Shown: in pieces, positions 54,401 through 55,733 of the stretch
Numbering within the stretch: position 1 is the stretch's first letter
How the letters are laid out: each line of letters opens with the position of its first letter
Origin: a virus
Lineage: Duplodnaviria; Caudoviricetes
Virus record (IMG/VR): IMGVR_UViG_3300032931_000778
Location: 1-55,733 of that record
Reading direction: 5' to 3' (one strand)
DNA length: 55,733 nucleotides
Notes under the pieces: generated by a model
The model's input: the letters and a program-made list of their open reading frames with translations, nothing else
What the model was told of the DNA's origin: nothing
The model's database searches: none
Program-made: the position numbers and the translations under genes

Positions 54401-55236
54401 GAGGGACGAATCTCAAAACGGCCATACCGCACACGCTGCGTCGCGTGGTCGAGGCACTTCACCCGCCAATGGGCCCGCTCCTCTGGCGGCATTGCCAACA
54501 GGGCGCCCACTGACAGGTTTTCTTGTAACATGCCGCGTTTACAAGGCAAAGAAGAAGTTGATCGAACACACTCGTCTAAAACCGCGCTGAACGCGTTCGT
54601 GCCGATGGTGCGTTCCGCCAGGTACGATGCCACGATCAGCTGCACATTGTACGGGTAGAACGTCGCCTCGGTGTGCACATCGGGCTTGAAGTGCTCTTGA
54701 AAGTAGGGGCTCAACGCGATCTTGCTATCCACCGCAGCCTTGAGGACCTGCCGCGCCAAGATCAGGTTCTTGCTCACCAACACCAAGGACATCTCGGAGC
54801 CCGGCGACATCCCGTAGGAGGCCTGCGGATTCACGAGGCAACTCAACTCGTACAGCAAGCGGCATACAATAATCGACAGGCAATATGTTTTTCCGTACCC
54901 CGTGCTGCCCCCCAGGATCACCTCGCGGTAGTGCGCGCCCGGCTCAAAGATCTCGATGAGCTTGCGCCGCAAGATCGGGTAGAGCGTCTGGCAGGACTCC
55001 CCCAGGTAATAGGGGTCGTCGACGAAGGTCGTCATGTCGACGGGGGCCATGCGGTAGCGCTTCTCGTAGCACTCGTTGACGATCTCGGGACGCCCCGCCT
55101 GCTCCTCGTACAGGAGGGCCTCAAAGAGGCGCCGCTCATCGGGAGGCAGGGCCCCCAGGCGCCGCAGGAGGGCGGCCCGGCGCTCGGCCGGCGTGCGGAC
55201 GGTCCGCGCGCGCCCCTCGGGGGTGCGGACGATCAC
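51472..55236 (-). CDS. terL: Large terminase subunit precursor (1254 aa) containing a 586-aa intein; about 668 aa after splicing
   Basis: Walker A GGSTGYGKT, Walker B AVLDE, coupling motif VSSA, nuclease HIDTSLSGDATG and DH..GSKDCAD. Confidence 0.93.
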   Translation of the reverse strand: MIVRTPEGRARTVRTPAERRAALLRRLGALPPDERRLFEALLYEEQAGRPEIVNECYEKRYRMAPVDMTTFVDDPYYLGESCQTLYPILRRKLIEIFEPGAHYREVILGGSTGYGKTYCLSIIVCRLLYELSCLVNPQASYGMSPGSEMSLVLVSKNLILARQVLKAAVDSKIALSPYFQEHFKPDVHTEATFYPYNVQLIVASYLAERTIGTNAFSAVLDECVRSTSSLPCKRGMLQENLSVGALLAMPPEERAHWRVKCLDHATQRVRYGRFEIRPSTVQSIVELTYDGGAIAPSLHHPVLVRDGAWLVYRYARDVRVGDELVVEVQDAEEGRDVERRGAGEDQCGEAREEADGRTSREGERGGQGARVQRGDAAQDQRGAQGQEALGGGQAEDARGTRGVRDLGGDACKAERGGQGAASYRGYIAQDVRGAAGADAYRGDARKVACDQHGADGQRGDAAQDVRDATGTAGVDPERGTTATQERDRQAAYGVATFGGDQTKDRRCVTGACHLGGDQAEDERGLKTPVHVGMAGCHVYNCTGCTGRGPRHAPPARDAGCGQSALWQAAQQAAQAAVARGTAGQAGHAAHGGIEAEHLRGQHACDPGSQADVQALGDGAGWATGSMSVGGRVAAGAGLDDATGGGGNSGRGSVAVCAVRDWGAATLDGGGLRGGSCRRCDGGGRGEGQDIVLHASRTGEVVCDVGSLPTAWASLPDSDQRGHGSVRMGGAVRQSGVYGWACSDARAAAMDGMCAAARGARPESIRVDALPADLRLARVTAVMPLPPEQTYAIETEFQTFVADGVVVHNTNFVRSTKQKIRTADGAQKSLAHYDHAEVTYRSLERRIKSRFVQASGDLPGMIVMVSSANTVGSFIDRRLAAAHRDPSIYAMEMATWEVKPPGSFSGRTFRVLCGGSSLRSRILAPDEAVNMETLPDEARVIAVPEEYRVDFESNLEDAIRDIAGVPTTAISVFIQRTEKIQEAVDPQRSHPADRQTWQYGEPLVIHWHKLAKAAVRRLPGGFEEETWTPLRNPRALRYVHIDTSLSGDATGICMGHIAHWVEVVRRTPEGDHYTDLAPFFVIDLVLQVRPPPGEQIQLADIRAVVYDLQAHGFSLIGFSTDSYQSADTLQAMRRRGVASEILSVDATMVPYEALRSAIYERRIELYPHAPLLFELKALEHDRLRGKVDHSVAGSKDCADSVSGVVAGLIKKVPRVPLGVLQPGEGRAEAEDFAWVTGQPGPEGDGEIPILPFLMG
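52911..54248 (-). CDS. Nested +1-frame endonuclease gene: about 13 NUMOD3 repeats plus a TnsA-like PD-(D/E)XK domain (445 aa)
   Basis: GAGGTG SD at 54253-54258 before ATG; HSEETxxKxS repeats; RSEAE...PY...ADFEV...VEGK; the GC3 bias follows this frame rather than the terminase frame. Confidence 0.88.
   Translation of the reverse strand: MPKKGGTLSAEAREKISAAKRGKKLTDEHRAKVSEAGKGRVFSEETRRKISEARKGKKHSEEAKQKMREARAGCEISAETRAKLSEAGKGRRHTEDTLRKMSEAQRGRTHTEETRAKLRAINTGRTASEETRRKMSETRRGRPGWIPNEEQRRRKSEIAKRRTGWQHSEETKQKIGDALRGRVISAETRQKMSEASKRRCTLAWRAAMSITARAARAEGRVTHLPPVMRGADNPRYGKPLSRQHKRRLREARLGKPGTPHTEASKQNISEGNMRAIRDRKRTYKHWVTGPDGQQVPCRSEAELLLVQALMTQPGVVAIRGEDQLPFVPYEIGGQPRLTVADFEVDRADGVTVVVEGKDKTSFYMPRAQARLFAMWDHCQRHGHPFLIVINGAMVPSAWEGPFVNQAFMDGLAQMRVRRRWMACAPPLEVPDPSPSVSTPSPPISD
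53650..54230 (-). repeat. Degenerate 51-bp (17-codon) NUMOD3 tandem repeats
   Basis: Eleven consecutive xSEETRxKxSEAxxGxx units. Confidence 0.85.
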
Positions 55237-55733
55237 GGCGCCGGAGCCTCGGCCTGCCCCGCCACCCCCGCGATGTCGATGATCTCGCCCCCATACAGGT
55301 CCCCGTCGTCGTCCACAGCCAGGGCCTTGAACTCCTCCAACAGGGCGAGCACGCGCCCCCGCGCCGCGGGCCGCTGCAGCACGGCCGCCACCTCGTCCCC
55401 GAAGCGCTGCTGCACGTTGACCACGACGCTCTGGTTCATGACCACCGACGCACCCTTGCCGCCGTGGTTGAAGCCGTACGCCTCCTTGATCGTATGCATG
55501 CGGCAGATCGTGTCGAGGACTAGATGGGCGGCCTGCGCGACCACCGGGATGGGCACCCCCACCTTCTGCTCATAGGCGAGGCCCATGTCCACCCGGCTCT
55601 TCAGGATGCGGTACATCTCCTCCAGCCGGCCGAACTCCAACTCCTCGTCCTCCATGCGCTTGCGCAGCCACCCCGCCATGCGGAGCTGCGCGGCCCCCAC
55701 GAACATCGCGCTGGGCATGTAGTTGGTGCGGTA
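55233..55733 (-). CDS. Probable small terminase subunit (5' end beyond the window)
   Basis: Frame is open to the right edge; helical; stop overlaps the terL start (GTGA). Confidence 0.5.
   Translation of the reverse strand, partial: YRTNYMPSAMFVGAAQLRMAGWLRKRMEDEELEFGRLEEMYRILKSRVDMGLAYEQKVGVPIPVVAQAAHLVLDTICRMHTIKEAYGFNHGGKGASVVMNQSVVVNVQQRFGDEVAAVLQRPAARGRVLALLEEFKALAVDDDGDLYGGEIIDIAGVAGQAEAPAP

Larger units (their letters stand above)
52813..54570 (-). mobile_element. Intein inserted immediately after Walker B (AVLDE|C...HN|T)
   Basis: Cys1 at 54570, block B SLHHPVLV, ARDVRVGDELV, block F TYAIETEFQTFVADG, terminal VVHN followed by Thr+1. Confidence 0.92.

Noticed and set aside
1-55733. 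tRNA/rRNA genes, integrase or att site, diversity-generating retroelement
   Set aside because: No cloverleaf-like segment, recombinase, reverse transcriptase or adenine-specific repeat pair was recognised by eye; dedicated scans were not run.

Overview
The whole window is the virion-morphogenesis region of a large, high-GC contractile-tailed bacteriophage, and every credible gene lies on the minus strand. In transcription order (right to left): small and large terminase, T4 gp20-type portal, gp21-type prohead protease fused to a scaffold, gp23-type major capsid, neck and decoration/fibre proteins, a membrane/lysis cluster, tail terminator, sheath, two tubes, a cluster of small proteins sharing an N-terminal 'MRxLxExL..E' tag, an amidase, a frameshifting tail chaperone, tape measure, hub, spike, baseplate wedges and a tail fibre truncated at the window edge. 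The most unusual feature is a 586-aa intein at the terminase Walker B motif. Its endonuclease slot is occupied by a separate gene in the +1 frame (own SD and ATG, about 13 NUMOD3 repeats plus a PD-(D/E)XK nuclease), while the terminase frame stays open across it. Other selfish DNA: a 281-bp IscB/IsrB-type IS200/IS605 remnant sitting exactly between the portal RBS and its ATG, an IS607/TnpB remnant, two HNH endonucleases, and two antirepressor cassettes with a shared structured leader. Also present are eight dispersed copies of a 16-bp GCGCAYGCGCRTGCGC palindrome (seven exact, one with a single change) and AT-rich synonymous patches at conserved catalytic motifs. All family calls come from motif recognition by eye; no database searches were run.
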